Source: Adineta vaga
Lineage: Eukaryota > Animalia > Rotifera
Reading direction: 5' to 3'
Assembly: GCA_021613535.1 (NCBI GenBank)
Contig: CP075496.1
Coordinates: 5,890,001-5,954,000 of the forward strand
Length of the DNA stretch: 64,000 nucleotides
This document shows positions 13,135 through 26,652 of the stretch, one piece after another; within the stretch, counting starts at the first letter, position 1; each line of letters opens with the position of its first letter. The translations under genes were made by a program, and so were the position numbers. The notes below the pieces were generated by a model. It did no database searches. It saw only the letters and a list, made by a program, of their open reading frames with translations, and had not been told where the DNA came from.

Positions 13135-16100
13135 CTATCTTTTAAAACCGAGCCATCCGGCAACCATCGATCCAAGAATAACAATAATTACAGCCAAACA
13201 AATAAGTATAATAATTTTTTTCTGAAAAGAAAACATCGAATTTTGATTTCTATTTCACATTATCGGTAAAACAAAATGACGACATCGAGACAAGAAAAGC
13301 TAGCGGACATGAATACATAAATTTTAATGGCAACAATTTTCATTTATCGGTTTGTATTTTAAATTGAAATCTATTCGAATTAGAATAACATCAGTTCAAT
13401 TTCTAGTGAATAAGGAACGTAGCAAGAGAAAAAAAAACTAGATTACGTATATTTTTAAGTGAATATGTGTATTGGAAAAGAAAGAAAATCGAGCAAGACG
13501 ATAGATAATTCAATAGTCATAAGCAACCGACCGGAAGACAATAAGCGACGAAGAAAAAGAAATACTTAATGGTGTTAGACCATTCGAAGTGGATGACAAT
13601 AGTGATCGTCAAAGGGTATAAAGCAAATAAAAAGTACCACGAACAGTCAATAATAATTATATGAATACATTAACTTATTTAACAAATAAAGCAAGCAGGA
13701 TAGGGAAATAAAGAAGAGGTGTCAAATATTCTTTGTTTCTTTTCATTTATATAGAAAGTATATATTATCCAATGAACATAACAAATTAACAAACAACAAA
13801 AAATACGATATAAAGAGAAGAATAAATAAAATAATTAAGAATAGAATATAAATAAAAACGAATGCTTGATCACATGCAAAGAAAAACAAAATCGACAAAT
13901 AAAAAGCGTGCATATATATATCTGTCCAAGAAAATTCACGTGAAATAATCATTCAAAAGAAATAAAACAAAAGCAGTCATGTGTAGATTATCAACATATA
14001 CATCAATTGCAAAAGAAAAATAATAATATAAAAACGAAAAAGAAAGGAAAGACTATTTCTTTTTTTTTGTGCCGAGAACAATTGCTACAATAACGATTAT
14101 GATAACAAGCAGAGTTATACATATTCCAATAAGAAGAATTTTTTTCTTTAAATGAAAATAAAAATAATATTTAGTGGAAGAGAATCTTTGTTTTCATCAA
14201 TTTTTATCCATAGATTTTCGAATGAAATCTCTCTAGCCTGATATAGCATCGATTTTTCAATGATTATGAACGGTTTCCGGCATTTTTTGTAGCAAAATAA
14301 ATGACAAGCACAAGCACAATAATAATCACAACAATCACCAGGATGACAATAAGGATAATTTTTTTCTAAATAATAGTTCGTTATTTATTATATATCTTGT
14401 CGAAAATAATGAAAAATTACTGTCAATCCCTATTGATCATCACTCTTATAAATAATAGATCTGCAGAACACAAAAAAGCTTTCTATCAACATTAACAAAG
14501 CAAGCGTACATGCATATATATATATCTTCACACAACATCACGAGCAACTTTATTTAAACTTACCCGTCGAGCTGCACTTTGAAATTTAACAGCTTTTTTC
14601 GTATCTGTACTTGCAGCTTTAACATAATTCTCAGATTGAACAACATTAAATTCTATTCGATCGATCATTTCACCCTTAGAAAAGGAAACATTCAAAAATC
14701 ATCATTATATTTCGAATAGATTAGAAAATTCTACTTGTGTTTGAACAAGTGCAGCCATATCAATAAACATATCGTGTAATTCTTTGATACTTTTTTCTAA
14801 TTTAATAATATCACCATGTCGTGCTTCAATATCAGCAAGTGATTGTTTTGCTTGAGCTGTTTCAACCATTATCTTTAGAAAAATATCAATCATTTTTATG
14901 GTACATATTCTTTTGTATAATTACTCCTTGAGTGAAAACAGCTGGATTTCCAGATTCAAGCATTTCTTCAACTTCACCTTCGGTTACTGATCTTCCAGCT
15001 AAAATTCATTGAAAAAGAGATCATTTTATAGTTCAAATCAATATTTCAATTAAAACAATAGGCAAAGCAAGTAAAAACATGCTCACTGATCTCAAGCTGT
15101 CGCTGAATTCTCTCAGTGCATTTATGTCGATAAGCCAACTGTACTTGATTATAGACTTCCATAACATCACGAAATTGTCGAGTTATATCAGATAACTATT
15201 AAACACAAAACAACATAGAAACAAAAGCAATATAAAGAAAGCGAAAATACAAATAAACGACACAATACGATATTAAGATAATGAAATATGTCTCACTGAT
15301 TTCAAGTTGACGTTGAATACGAGCTTTACATCGTTCTCGATATTCAATTTCTGCATTTCGATATGAATTCATTACATCAATAAATTTTCGAGACAAAGTG
15401 GCATGCTAAATAAAATGAATGAGAACTTTTTTTTTTCAATAATTCCGAAATAGAAACAAATTTGATAGAAGGAATAGGATAGAAAAACATTCATTAATTG
15501 TCGTATTGTGTCGTTGATTGTTTTAGATTCTCTTGTTCAATTTTACTACCTGTGATTTTCCAATTCTTGATTGTGCTGGAGTTCCTTTTTTTTCTTTTTC
15601 AAATTCTTCTTCCATAGCTGTAGTAAATAGGAGAAGAAAAGAAATAAACAAACATATCACAACTGACAAAACAACATCGAAAAGGTAAATAGGGAGACTA
15701 TTTTTAAACAACATTTATACAAATGAGCACCTGAGTTTTTCGTATACGTAAATCGGCTGTACGCCAAGCATTTTCATTTCCTTCCTGTTCTAATTCAGTT
15801 TCCATGACTAAATTTTATATTTTCGATACAAATATATGTGTATAACTCGATTCTCTAGTTATTTGTTCAATCTCACTTTTTAATCGTTGTCGAACGTCAT
15901 TTGCTAACTTCTTAATATCAGCCATTTTTTCTTCTAATTCTTCTTTAGTTCGATCATCTGCTTGTGGTGCAGCTAATATTGTCGAATGTAGACGTTTAAC
16001 TTCATCGACAAGTTCACTTATTTTATCGATATTTGTACGTAGTGAATCAACATGAGCAAAAAAATCAGACATAAATCGACTGTTATCTTCCATATTAAGA

Positions 16101-16234
16101 GCAACATAGGCGGCATCTGTATCACTGTCTTCAGCATTTTGTGCCTAGAAAACAAATTGATTCCTTTCAATTATAGTATTGAAATAATCTCAAATACTTA
16201 CAGCCCGCAAAGCGGGCAAACGATCTTTTGTCAT
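13135..16234 (-). CDS. STX1A: Syntaxin-1 (Qa-SNARE) with mutually exclusive exons 3a/3b and 4a/4b and three alternative TM exons
   Basis: N-peptide [11 protein letters not shown]; Habc domain; SNARE motif [45 protein letters not shown]. Constitutive exons 16234-16202, 16144-15877, 14998-14925, 14872-14735, 14674-14564. Confidence 0.95.
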
Positions 16235-16675
16235 TGAATAGAAATATTGGGAATGATTTAGACTTCTGTTACACAACTCATGACATTTAAATCTGAAAAA
16301 CAGAATAATAATATTCATGACATATATTTATAAGTATTAACAAATGTGTTTGATTTGTAATGTAGAAAATAAAAAAGAAATAATGATGAATCATTATTTG
16401 ATGTGTATTGAAAAACTCATCGACCGCACTGCATTCCTGTTACTCTGAGAAAGATGCCATTGGAATCAACATTTACTCTTCTTTCTCTACTGCATTGATA
16501 AGCAAACCAGTTGTGCACTAGACAAAGTTATTTTTAACCAATCAAATTTCAGCAATGAGTCATTACTTATCTAACTAATACTTACTTGAAAGTAAGTAGG
16601 ACAGATAAATAAGACTAGGAGATCTTTATAAGTGTCTGTGCGTGTGTCAATCAGCAAAAAATAAAGAAAGTTTTC
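16235..16675. promoter_or_regulatory. Short bidirectional promoter region shared by syntaxin-1 and the SCPx thiolase
   Basis: Head-to-head start codons ~440 bp apart; CCAAT box AACCAATCA at 16536-16544; probable 5'UTR intron acceptor near 16292. Confidence 0.55.
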
Positions 16676-19244
16676 ATGATGAGTCGAGCAGTTAATCGAG
16701 TTTTCGTGATTGGCGTTGGCATGACCAAGGTAATAAACTTTTTTTCGACAAAAATGCTTGTTCGAAGAAAATCATACCTGAATCTTTAGTTTGAAAAACC
16801 AGGTCGACGTGAAGATTTTGATTATCCAGATATGGCTAAAGAAGCAGTAACAAATGCTATTAAAGACGCTGGAATATCTTACAAAGATTTTGAACAAGCT
16901 TTTGTTGGTTATGTTTATGGTAGGATGATTTCATTGAATATCTGTTCATCTGAAACGTTTTAGTGAAATTAAAAAAAATGAATATGAAGTAATTAAATGA
17001 AATGAGAGGGGAAAAGAACCTTCTGATTAATTGTACTAGAAGTAACAGTTGTCCTAATGATGAACTTAATCCATACAAGATTGAAAATGTCTTTGTACAA
17101 CAATTGCAGAGTATTTGTGAGATGAATTCAATTCACATTTGAAGAAAAGCAAATTGTACAGTTAGATGAAATTTGCTAGACAAGTTTTTTTTGCATACAA
17201 CTTCTAAATCTGATATATTTGTTTTTAAAGGGGATAGCACTTGTGGTCAACGTGCTCTCTATCCACTTGGTATGACTGGTTTACCAATTATTAATGTCAA
17301 CAACAATTGTTCTACTGGTTCGACAAGATCCTGATTTAAGTGAAAAATATCTTTATGTTTTGTAAAATAGGTGCATCTGCTCTGTACTTAGCTTCGAAAC
17401 ACGTTGCTGGAGGTAGGAAAATAAATAGATTACATATTTATAGAATTCATTGATGTTTCTCGTATAGGCTTAGCTGATTGTGTCTTGGCACTTGGTTTTG
17501 AAAAAATGCAACGTGGTTCATTAACATCACAAGTAGAAAATCGTTTTTCATTCGCTTTTTTTTTCTTCAAAAAATATTCTTTCTAAAAGTTTTCTGATCG
17601 TACTAATCCTATGGATAAACATATTGAAACGATGTCAGAAAAATATGATTTTGGAAGTGGACCAGCTGCTGCTCAACTTTTTGGTAATGCTGGGCAAGAT
17701 TATATGAAAAAATATAGTAAGTTACATGAAAACGAAATATCATCTGAATAACAATTTATTCTTCAGATGTTTCTCCCGATGTATTCGCTAAAATTGCTTG
17801 GAAAAATCATAAACATTCAGTCAATAATCCGTAAGAATAGATTTCTTATTCGATAACTTTTCTATTCAACTCTTTATTCAGATACTCACAATTTCGTGAA
17901 GAATATTCCTTAGAAGAAATTAAAAAGTCACCGATGGTACATGAACCTTTAACTAAATTACAATGCTGGTATAAATTCGTGCAAATATTAATTGATTTTA
18001 ACTCATTTATTTTCTTTCTCGTATAGTCCAACATCCGATGGTAGTGCAGCAGCAATCATCGTCAGTGAAAGTTATCTTCAAAAACATCCTGAAGCACAAA
18101 AAAATGCTGTCGAAATTCTCGCTATTGAAATGGCAACTGATCTTTCATCAACATTCGATTCTAATGATTGCATGCGATTAGTAAAACTAACACAATTACA
18201 AGAAATTATTATTTCTATATGATTCATCTAGGTTGGTTATGATATGAGTAAACAAGCTGCTCAAAAAGCCTATGCTAAAGCTGGTATCAAACCAAGTGAT
18301 GTACAAGTAATTGAATTACACGGTAAATATTTTAGAAGAAAAAACCAGATGGTCGAATAGATACTTACAGAATGATAGTTCGAAGATATGAGACGAAAAT
18401 AGTCCGTACTAGTACGGAAAAAAGGTCAGGAAACGGAACATTCGACTTACTGATATGCTTTTTGGATATCAACGATTGTTGCTATCAGTGCGTGTGTCTT
18501 TTTTTTATCGAAAGTCAGATGATATCCATTATCTTGAAAGTAGATGTTTTTCTTTTTCTTTATATTATATGCTAATCTTCTATGAGACGATTTTTTATCA
18601 TCAAAATACTTATTTCTTTGATTACTGAAGGCGTATGAAGAGTTTTAGCAAAAAGATCAAACTAAATTGGAAAGTACTTTTATTGAGTAGGAGGATAATT
18701 TGGTGATTATGAAATCTTCATTTAAAAATATCAAATCCTTTTTGCTTTGATGATCTTCTGTTGTTTTATTACCTGAATTATATCTTTCTACTTAGATTGT
18801 TTTTCTGCCAATGAATTGATTACATACGAAGCACTTGGTCTTTGTGAAGAAGGTAATTATTATTCTTTACATTTAGAATTTATTCATCAAAAGATCTATC
18901 TAGGAAAAGCCGGTGAACTTGTTGAACGTGGTGATAATACCTATGGTGGTAAATATGTTGTCAATCCAAGTGGTGGTTTAATTTCCAAAGGTCATCCATT
19001 AGGTGCCACTGGTTTAGCACAATGTTCCGAACTTTGTTGGCAATTACGTAATCAAGCTGATAAACGACAAGTAAAAGGTGCTCGTATCGCACTTCAACAT
19101 AATATTGGTTTAGGTGGTGCATGTGTTGTTGCAATTTATCGTCTTGCAAATCTTAACAAGTAATTTATTTTCATTTTAAACAAGCTTGTTTAAGAATATG
19201 ACAATTGACTTCTTTTTAGGCCTCGCGTTGGTTCTAAACTGTGA
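16676..19244 (+). CDS. SCP2: Peroxisomal SCPx-type 3-ketoacyl-CoA thiolase lacking the SCP2 domain (DAF-22-like), ending in PTS1 -SKL
   Basis: [15 protein letters not shown], catalytic [35 protein letters not shown] and LQHNIGLGG motifs. Last exon 19220-19244 gives KPRVGSKL*. Confidence 0.93.
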
Positions 19245-19351
19245 TGTAATTTGGCAAAAATCGAATCGATTGATTTTTATTTTTAATAAACGATACAAAA
19301 AGAAAATTTAAGTCATCTATTCATTCAACGGAAACTAGTACTGTGATATAT

Positions 19352-21146
19352 TTATCCACGTTTGAATCGTCTTTGAATAATAAAAGTAGTCAGTATAAAA
19401 ATTACAATAGAAATAACAATGAATAATAAGATCATGAAGACAATACGTTTTTTCTATAAGAAACAGAATAGAAAAACAACATCGTTCTATATATTTTTCT
19501 TACTTTGAGTTCTTTATCTCGATATTTTTCAGTAATATATACATTTTCTGCTGCATCTTCGACATATTCCATTGCTTTAAATACATTATGTTCAATTGAA
19601 TCGACCATTTCACCCTAGATAAAAATAATCGATTATGTTGAAAGAAAAAGAGAAAAAAAATTCTACTTGATCGGTAACAAGAATGGCTAAATCAAGAAAC
19701 ATTTGATGTAATTCTTTAATAGATTTTTCAACTTTCATTATATCACGATAACGTGCTTCAATTTCATCTAATGTTTGTTGTATTTTTTGTGTTTCAACCA
19801 TAATCTAGATATTCAAAGAGAATGAATAATTAAATTGGATCATAAGAAATGTATTCTTACAGGAATGCTGAATATGTCATGATGACCATTGTCGATCATT
19901 TCATCTAGTTCATCGTAAGGTCGACGATTTCCAGCTTTGAAAAAGGGAAATAAAAAGTAATCGAGAAATTTCAACCTGTCATATCAAATGGCAGAGAAAT
20001 ATTCCAATAATAGTTAAAATCATCTATATAACGTGTGGTTTCTTTTTCAGTGAGCTTTTCAAGGTTATTCAGATTTATTTGCTTTTCAAAATACATATAT
20101 CAATTGTCGTTAAAATCCCTTTTATGAATCATTTTTCGTATGATGAATAATCAGTTATTTTTTTAAGGGAAAACTATCACTTACACATTTCAAGTTCACG
20201 TATAATAACGTTCTTACATCGCTCACGATGTAACATTGCTTCTTTGTTATATTCTATCATTATATCACGAAATTGTCTTGTTAATACAAATATCTGTGAT
20301 TCTTTTATACGCCATTGTGCACTTGTTATATCATAATCATTTCCTAATGTTTGTTCTTCGTCTAATTCTATAAAAGAAAATAAACAAATTTTAAATATCT
20401 TTTTTTTCTTAGGTTTTCTTACTTTTTAATTTTGCTGAAACTTTATAGGCTAAGTTTTTAATTTCTTCCGTTTTATCATCAAGTTCTTGTCCTAGTTCTA
20501 TTGAAGAGAAAACAATAGAAATTAAGAATACATTGTGTTACTTACTCGAATCTGCTGTTGGTTGAAGTATTGCAAAATGCATCTGTTTAGCTTGTCGTGT
20601 AAGTTCATCAATTCTATTAATAAGTGTTTGAATGACTTCAATCTTAAATGAAATCATTGTATTAATTGGATTTAATAAGATATAAATTTGAATTCATACT
20701 TCGTTTAAAAACTCAGTTATTCTAGATTTTTTATCAATATTAATTCTGACAGATTGATTATGTATATTGTATATAGAGTCTTTTTCATTCTGATTTGATG
20801 ACTATAAATACAGAAAGAAAATCTGAATCTTTTGGTTAGTTAGAAATGAAATGCAGTATAAGTAAAATTTGCATTAAGAAAAGATTGATATGAGAGAAGC
20901 AAACACACAGACAGACACACACACACACATCATGTGTTTTCGTTAGAAGAATTGTTTTATGGCTCCATAAGCAGTGCATATTTTCTATGGAGATATAGAA
21001 GACGATTAATACTTGTTGTGAAAGTCCTTCATAGGTAATATCGGGCCATGAAGTCTGTCGAATAGAAAAAATAGCATCATATGTAGAGAATTCAATAACA
21101 TTGATCTTACAGCTTGTCGAAAGTCTTTCAGTCTATCTTTTGACAT
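19352..21146 (-). CDS. Divergent syntaxin-1-like paralog (Qa-SNARE)
   Basis: [12 protein letters not shown] start; SNARE motif [46 protein letters not shown]; single TM exon [33 protein letters not shown]. Confidence 0.9.
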
Positions 21147-21412
21147 TTGACAACTATACAGTTGTCATAAACAGTACAAACATAATATATTTGGTAGACT
21201 TTTTTTTTGTATTTAAAGTGGATAAAAACAGAAGGGTAAAAAGGTCTTTTTTGTGAATATTAAATTCCCCTGTTTATGTATTTACGTTTGCGGAATTAGA
21301 TTACTAATATTATAGTATGATTTGTTGATGATTCAAACATTGTCGAACCAATGGGTCGACATCGATCAAACCAACTGCAGACGAAGAGCGTCCTCTGACT
21401 GATTTCAAAATG

Positions 21413-22816
21413 TCATAGAAATTTATTTAAAATTTCAAGTAGTTTTTCATACATAGCCATTCTTTCTTCTTTTGATTCTGTTTGTGCACATGTCATGATT
21501 GTTTGCGATAAATTTAATTTATCATCAAAATCTTCGGGAATATCATGAAGAAAATCACTGGACATCTCTTTTCCAGTCGTTTCAATTGATGGAGATAAGA
21601 CATAACGACAAACTACAGTGCGTATCATATTTGTTTTCAATATTTTTCAAAAAACGAAGTGAGATTACCTTGTTCAATATTAAAATCAGGCATATAAATG
21701 TTACAGAATTTGTTTGGATGTCGTTGATTTTGAATATTTTCATCATTATGATTAACCTGAGAAAATAATTCTCGTTCAACAATAATTAGATATTCAAGAT
21801 CAATTATTTTCACACGTCGTTCATTTTCATTGTATACGAAATTTTCCAAATTTACATCCGGATAATAGATAATCATTTCTGCATTGCCAACAGTCAATTG
21901 ATGCATTGAAATAAGTAGTTCTCGTGCAAGATATGCCTAGAAAAGGGTGAAATATTGATTATTGTCTACTTATTCGTCATCATTGTCAACAAAAAATATA
22001 CACGGAATTGAAATGGTGAATGAAGGTATGACACAAAGTTTGATCCTTCATCACTCACAACTCCCACTCGACCACATGCACCATAATAGGATGGAAATGG
22101 AAAACCAACACCAGATAAACCCTACAAATTATGGATGATTACATGAATCATAGATAATTATATTTATTATTCTTACTGACAGTACAATCGGTTCAAGATT
22201 AATTTGAATAGTTGTTCCTAGTGAAATTTCACTATCATGACGATCAAGATCAGTTGATTGAAGAAATCTGTTTAACGATGAGATTGAAATTGAGTTTACT
22301 AATTTATTATACATGTAAATACATACGCATTCGTAAATTTAGAAATAAATGTCATATTAGAACAAGGTAGAAGTGTAATAAAAGATGCTGTTGAGCGATG
22401 AAAACATGATGCTTTTTGTTGACAATCATCAAATATAACCCATTCACTTTGATGTGCCATTTTCTTAAATACTACTCGATTCTTGTTCATTGTTCCATAA
22501 TAAATATTTTTGACATTGAATAGATCATTATTAAACAAAGAAAAACGTTGCCAACCTAGATCAGATGTGAATAAAAGTCGACTTACATTAATTTCATATT
22601 ATATTCTATAAAACCTGTTAGTTGAACACGATCTGTTCCGAATAGATGACAAAGACGTACACCGAAACATGCTGGACAAGAATTAAGTTCAATAAAATAC
22701 ATGCTTGATGGAGAATAGATAAAATATTTGTTGAAAATAAGATAAAGGATGAAAAAGAAAAGAATGTAAATAATGCATAGCCGAGATCGACAATATCGTT
22801 TGAATTTGAACAGCAT
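21413..22816 (-). CDS. DIPK2A: Divergent protein kinase domain 2A (DIA1/C3orf58-like) Golgi/secreted pseudokinase
   Basis: N-terminal signal anchor; CPACFG..LC; NVKNIYYG; NLEPIVL; FPFPSYYGACGR; YYPDVNLENF...VKIIDLE; FLHDIP. Confidence 0.85.
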
Positions 22817-25620
22817 TTGAAGAAAAAGTATTTATCTCTCGATCATAATCATTGATTCTTATATTCGTGTCACTGAGAATTTAAACATCTGTTTATCTTT
22901 TAACTAATCATGTAATGAAAAAAAATTCATTCTTCTGCACTCATATTGTATGCATGTTTCAGGATTTAATGACATTCATATCTTAATAAAACTCTTTGAA
23001 AGTTAGCATATACTATTTGTATTATATACATGAACTAAAAGAATCATTTAAACTTTTTTTGTATTTTCATATTGATGAAAATGATTAATATAGCAGCTGA
23101 AACAATAATTTTATTAAAACGCATTGTTTTTATTTCGTATAATTGAATGAAAAAGTAACAAACATTTGTACCTTATGCCTTTCCCTAGAAAGAGAAGAAA
23201 AGTTAAACCTTGAAATAAGTTGACATGCGTATATTTCCTTTGTGAATTCTACAAAAACAAGGAAACTATAGCACGCAAATAATCATACTGATTTTTCTAT
23301 ATTTTTCTATTGATCAAAATCATTCACATACTATAACAGTCTAGAAGAGAAGAAATCATCACATTTTTCTCTTTAATTATTACGTGCTTCCATTTAGTTC
23401 TTCTTTTTTCACAATAATTGCGATATATCAGTATGATAATAGTAATCAACATTGAGTACGAAGAAAGTAAGTTCATTCTTGAAAGATCCCATTTTGAGAT
23501 TGCTTTTCCAATACAATCAAAGTTAATGATGAAGATTATGAATACCAGTCATATTTCTTTCACACTTTCTTCATTTTCCCATTTGATTACAATAAATCAT
23601 TTCTTAAGAAAATAAAATTATCATAACATGAAACAGCTGAAGGCATATGTCACAAATCATTTTGACAAATAGGTGCATATATGTTAGGCAGAGTTTTCTG
23701 GATAAAAAAAAAGGAAGATGAAAACTACTTTCAAATGAATAACTAAGTTAGACGCGAAATAAACATAGAATGTCATTCATTTCTGTTTTATAAAGATAAT
23801 TGTGAGAAAAGAAAAATGAATGAGAATTATTATTTATTTATGTTGACATACATCTTGAATTTATTTTCAGAAGTAAAGGCTCGTTTTTTTTAAAATTATA
23901 TATTTTAGTTTTAGAATTCCAAAATGTCCCAAACATCATCAGTTGAACAAACATCAACATCAGATATTGAGTAGGATATTATTGACATTTTTAAATGTAT
24001 TTCATATCGTTTCGTTCTCTCTTTTAAAGAAACAATTATTCAAGATTATCAGTTGATCGGAAAAATTCACATCGATTTTCTACTCAATTACCAACAATCT
24101 TTCTAGATATGTTTCGTCGTGTATCGAAAAATGAAGTTTCACAATTACATAAACAAATGTCAACTTTGTCAACTGTTTTAATCGATTCAGGTGAAACATC
24201 TGTCAGATTACCAGATGTAGCAAACAATGATTCTACAAGTGATGTATGTTTAGTTTCTGACAGTCCACATTATATAATTCGAGTATGTGTAAATAAAGAA
24301 TTATTTCTTTTAGTATACTAATATGTGTTTAAGGTTGCTGGAACTGGAAATGTTCAAGAATTTGAACGTCTGATTTCAGATGATCCATCAAGATTAAATT
24401 TATTTAATCCAGCTGGTTTGTGTGCATCATAATGCTGCTGCTCGTAATCGTGTAACAATTTTAGTTTTGATTGTTCAATACAATGGAGGTAAATTGTACG
24501 AATGATTAAACATATTCTGTAATAATCAAAAATTATTTAGATTTAAATATCGCAGATAAAAATGGATGGACACCATTACACCATGGTGTACGAAATAATG
24601 CTTTAAATGCTATTGAATTTCTTTTGGATAACGGAGCTGATGATACTCGATTGAATCTACAACAAGATGCACCTATTCATTTAGCTATCATTCATAATCA
24701 ATTAGAAGCACTCAAAGTACTGCTTAGAATCGCTATTATTAGTTCAATGAAATAGATGTATCATAAATTCTTTATATTTCAGCTTCTCATATCCAGACAC
24801 CCGTCTCAAGTCAATCTTCCAGGTGAAAGAAAAAAGACGCCACTTCATTATACTGCTCTGAATGATAATGTCGAAGCAGCACGAATCTTAGTAAGTATTT
24901 ACGCGAATGTTACTCTGACAATTGAATTTTGCTGATAAATCTATTGTAGACTGATCATCATGCTCGTTTATGTCTACGTAATGAAGTTGGCAGCTATCCG
25001 ATTCATGAAGCTGCATTAAATAGTAGTAATCGTGTGTTTCATCATTTGTGCGAAATTGGTAAGATATCTAATAATGTTCATATGTTCTATTTAATAAATT
25101 TAATTACTAGCGAAAGCAAATGGTTATGGAACAAATAGTCTTTTAAATTATTGCGATGCTGAAAATCATCGACCATTGCATTCATCTGTTATTGGTATCA
25201 TTCAGTTTTCGGATAAATAAATATTCTTTAACTTTTTTTCTTATCTTTCAAATGTAGGAGGTAATATTGAAGCCGTGGAAATTTGTCTGGAAAAAGGAAG
25301 TAAAATCGACGACCAACAGGATGATTTATCTACGCCAGTTCATCTAGCTGCATCACAAGGTTCCATTGAACTCTTGGATTTGATGTTCAGTTGGCAACCT
25401 GATCTTAAAGCGAAAGTCATTCGTATGATGGATATACAATGCATGATACCATTACATAAGTGAGTGATCTTTCTCATATTTTATTTATTCTTCAATCTGA
25501 GCTGTTCTCTTTACAGAGCCGCTATGGGTGATCATGTTGATGTCATAGAATTTCTCCTCGAAGCTGTAAAACGATCACTGATTTTTGTCTAACTTCTTTG
25601 TAAATATACTTTTTCTTTAA

Positions 25621-26652
25621 CAGGGATCTGATATAGATGCTCGGGACAGTTCGAAACGAACTCCACTCATTCTTGCTGCTCTCAACTCTTCCGTGCAAGC
25701 TGTTTGTTATCTTCTATCAAAATGTGCATCCTTATCCTTTAGAGATGATGCCGATCGAAATCTTCTTCATGTCACCATCATGCAAAATCTACCCATCGAC
25801 ACCATCGGTAATGCTCTCTTCAAGCGAGACAACTTTCGCATCTTGTTCGATCAACGCGATATTGATGGATATTATCCTATTCATTATGCATCACGTGATG
25901 GACTTGTCAATGTTCTAACAACACTCATCAAACATGGTGCTGAGATCAACAAGAAAACTAATCAACGACAATCATCACTACACTTTGCTGCACAGTAAGT
26001 CACACAACTGTGTGCTCATTGTCAACGAATGTGAAAGAATCGTTGTTGTTCTTGATTCTAGATATGGAAGATATAACACTTGCCGGCAACTGTTGGATAC
26101 GTCAGGTTTCAAACGCATTCTCAACGAACCTGACCAACTCGGTCAAACGCCACTTCATCTTTGTTGTCAAAATGGTCACACACGAGTTGTGCAACTCTTG
26201 CTACACAAAGGTGCACAGTTCACGAAAAGTTTCGATGGTGACACACCGTTACACGATGCAGCATCGAATGGACATGTTTCAACGATGCACACTATCATTC
26301 AAGCACAGGCTCATCTGATCAATTCAGTCAATCGTCTTGGAATGACACCATTACACTGTGCAGCTGCAGCTGGTCATGTTGAATGTATTGACTTGTTATT
26401 GTCGAAATCAGCAGAGTTTATAACAAACGTAGATGGTGAAACATTCTTTGATTTAGCAATAATGAAGAAACAGAAAGATGTGTGTCTTGCCATCATTGGT
26501 CATAAACGGTAAATGAGGGTGTGATGTTGAGGGTAATGATTGTAGATAAATTTGTTTGATCGTTATTAGATGGAAAGAAGCGTTGGATTTGACAAGTGTG
26601 AAATATCGAACACCACTGCTTGGTCTTATTGAACATCTACCAGAATGTGTAC
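25621..26652 (+). repeat. Near-identical direct repeat of 31965-32996 (TRPA1 homogenised tract 1, includes two introns)
   Basis: Almost base-identical by eye, including intron 25996-26061 versus 32340-32405. ORF translations are duplicated in the ORF track. Confidence 0.92.

Noticed and set aside
13743-13952. Hydrophobic ORF as a fourth syntaxin TM exon
   Set aside because: No phase-0 AG|KK start; T-rich UTR/intron sequence explains the hydrophobicity.
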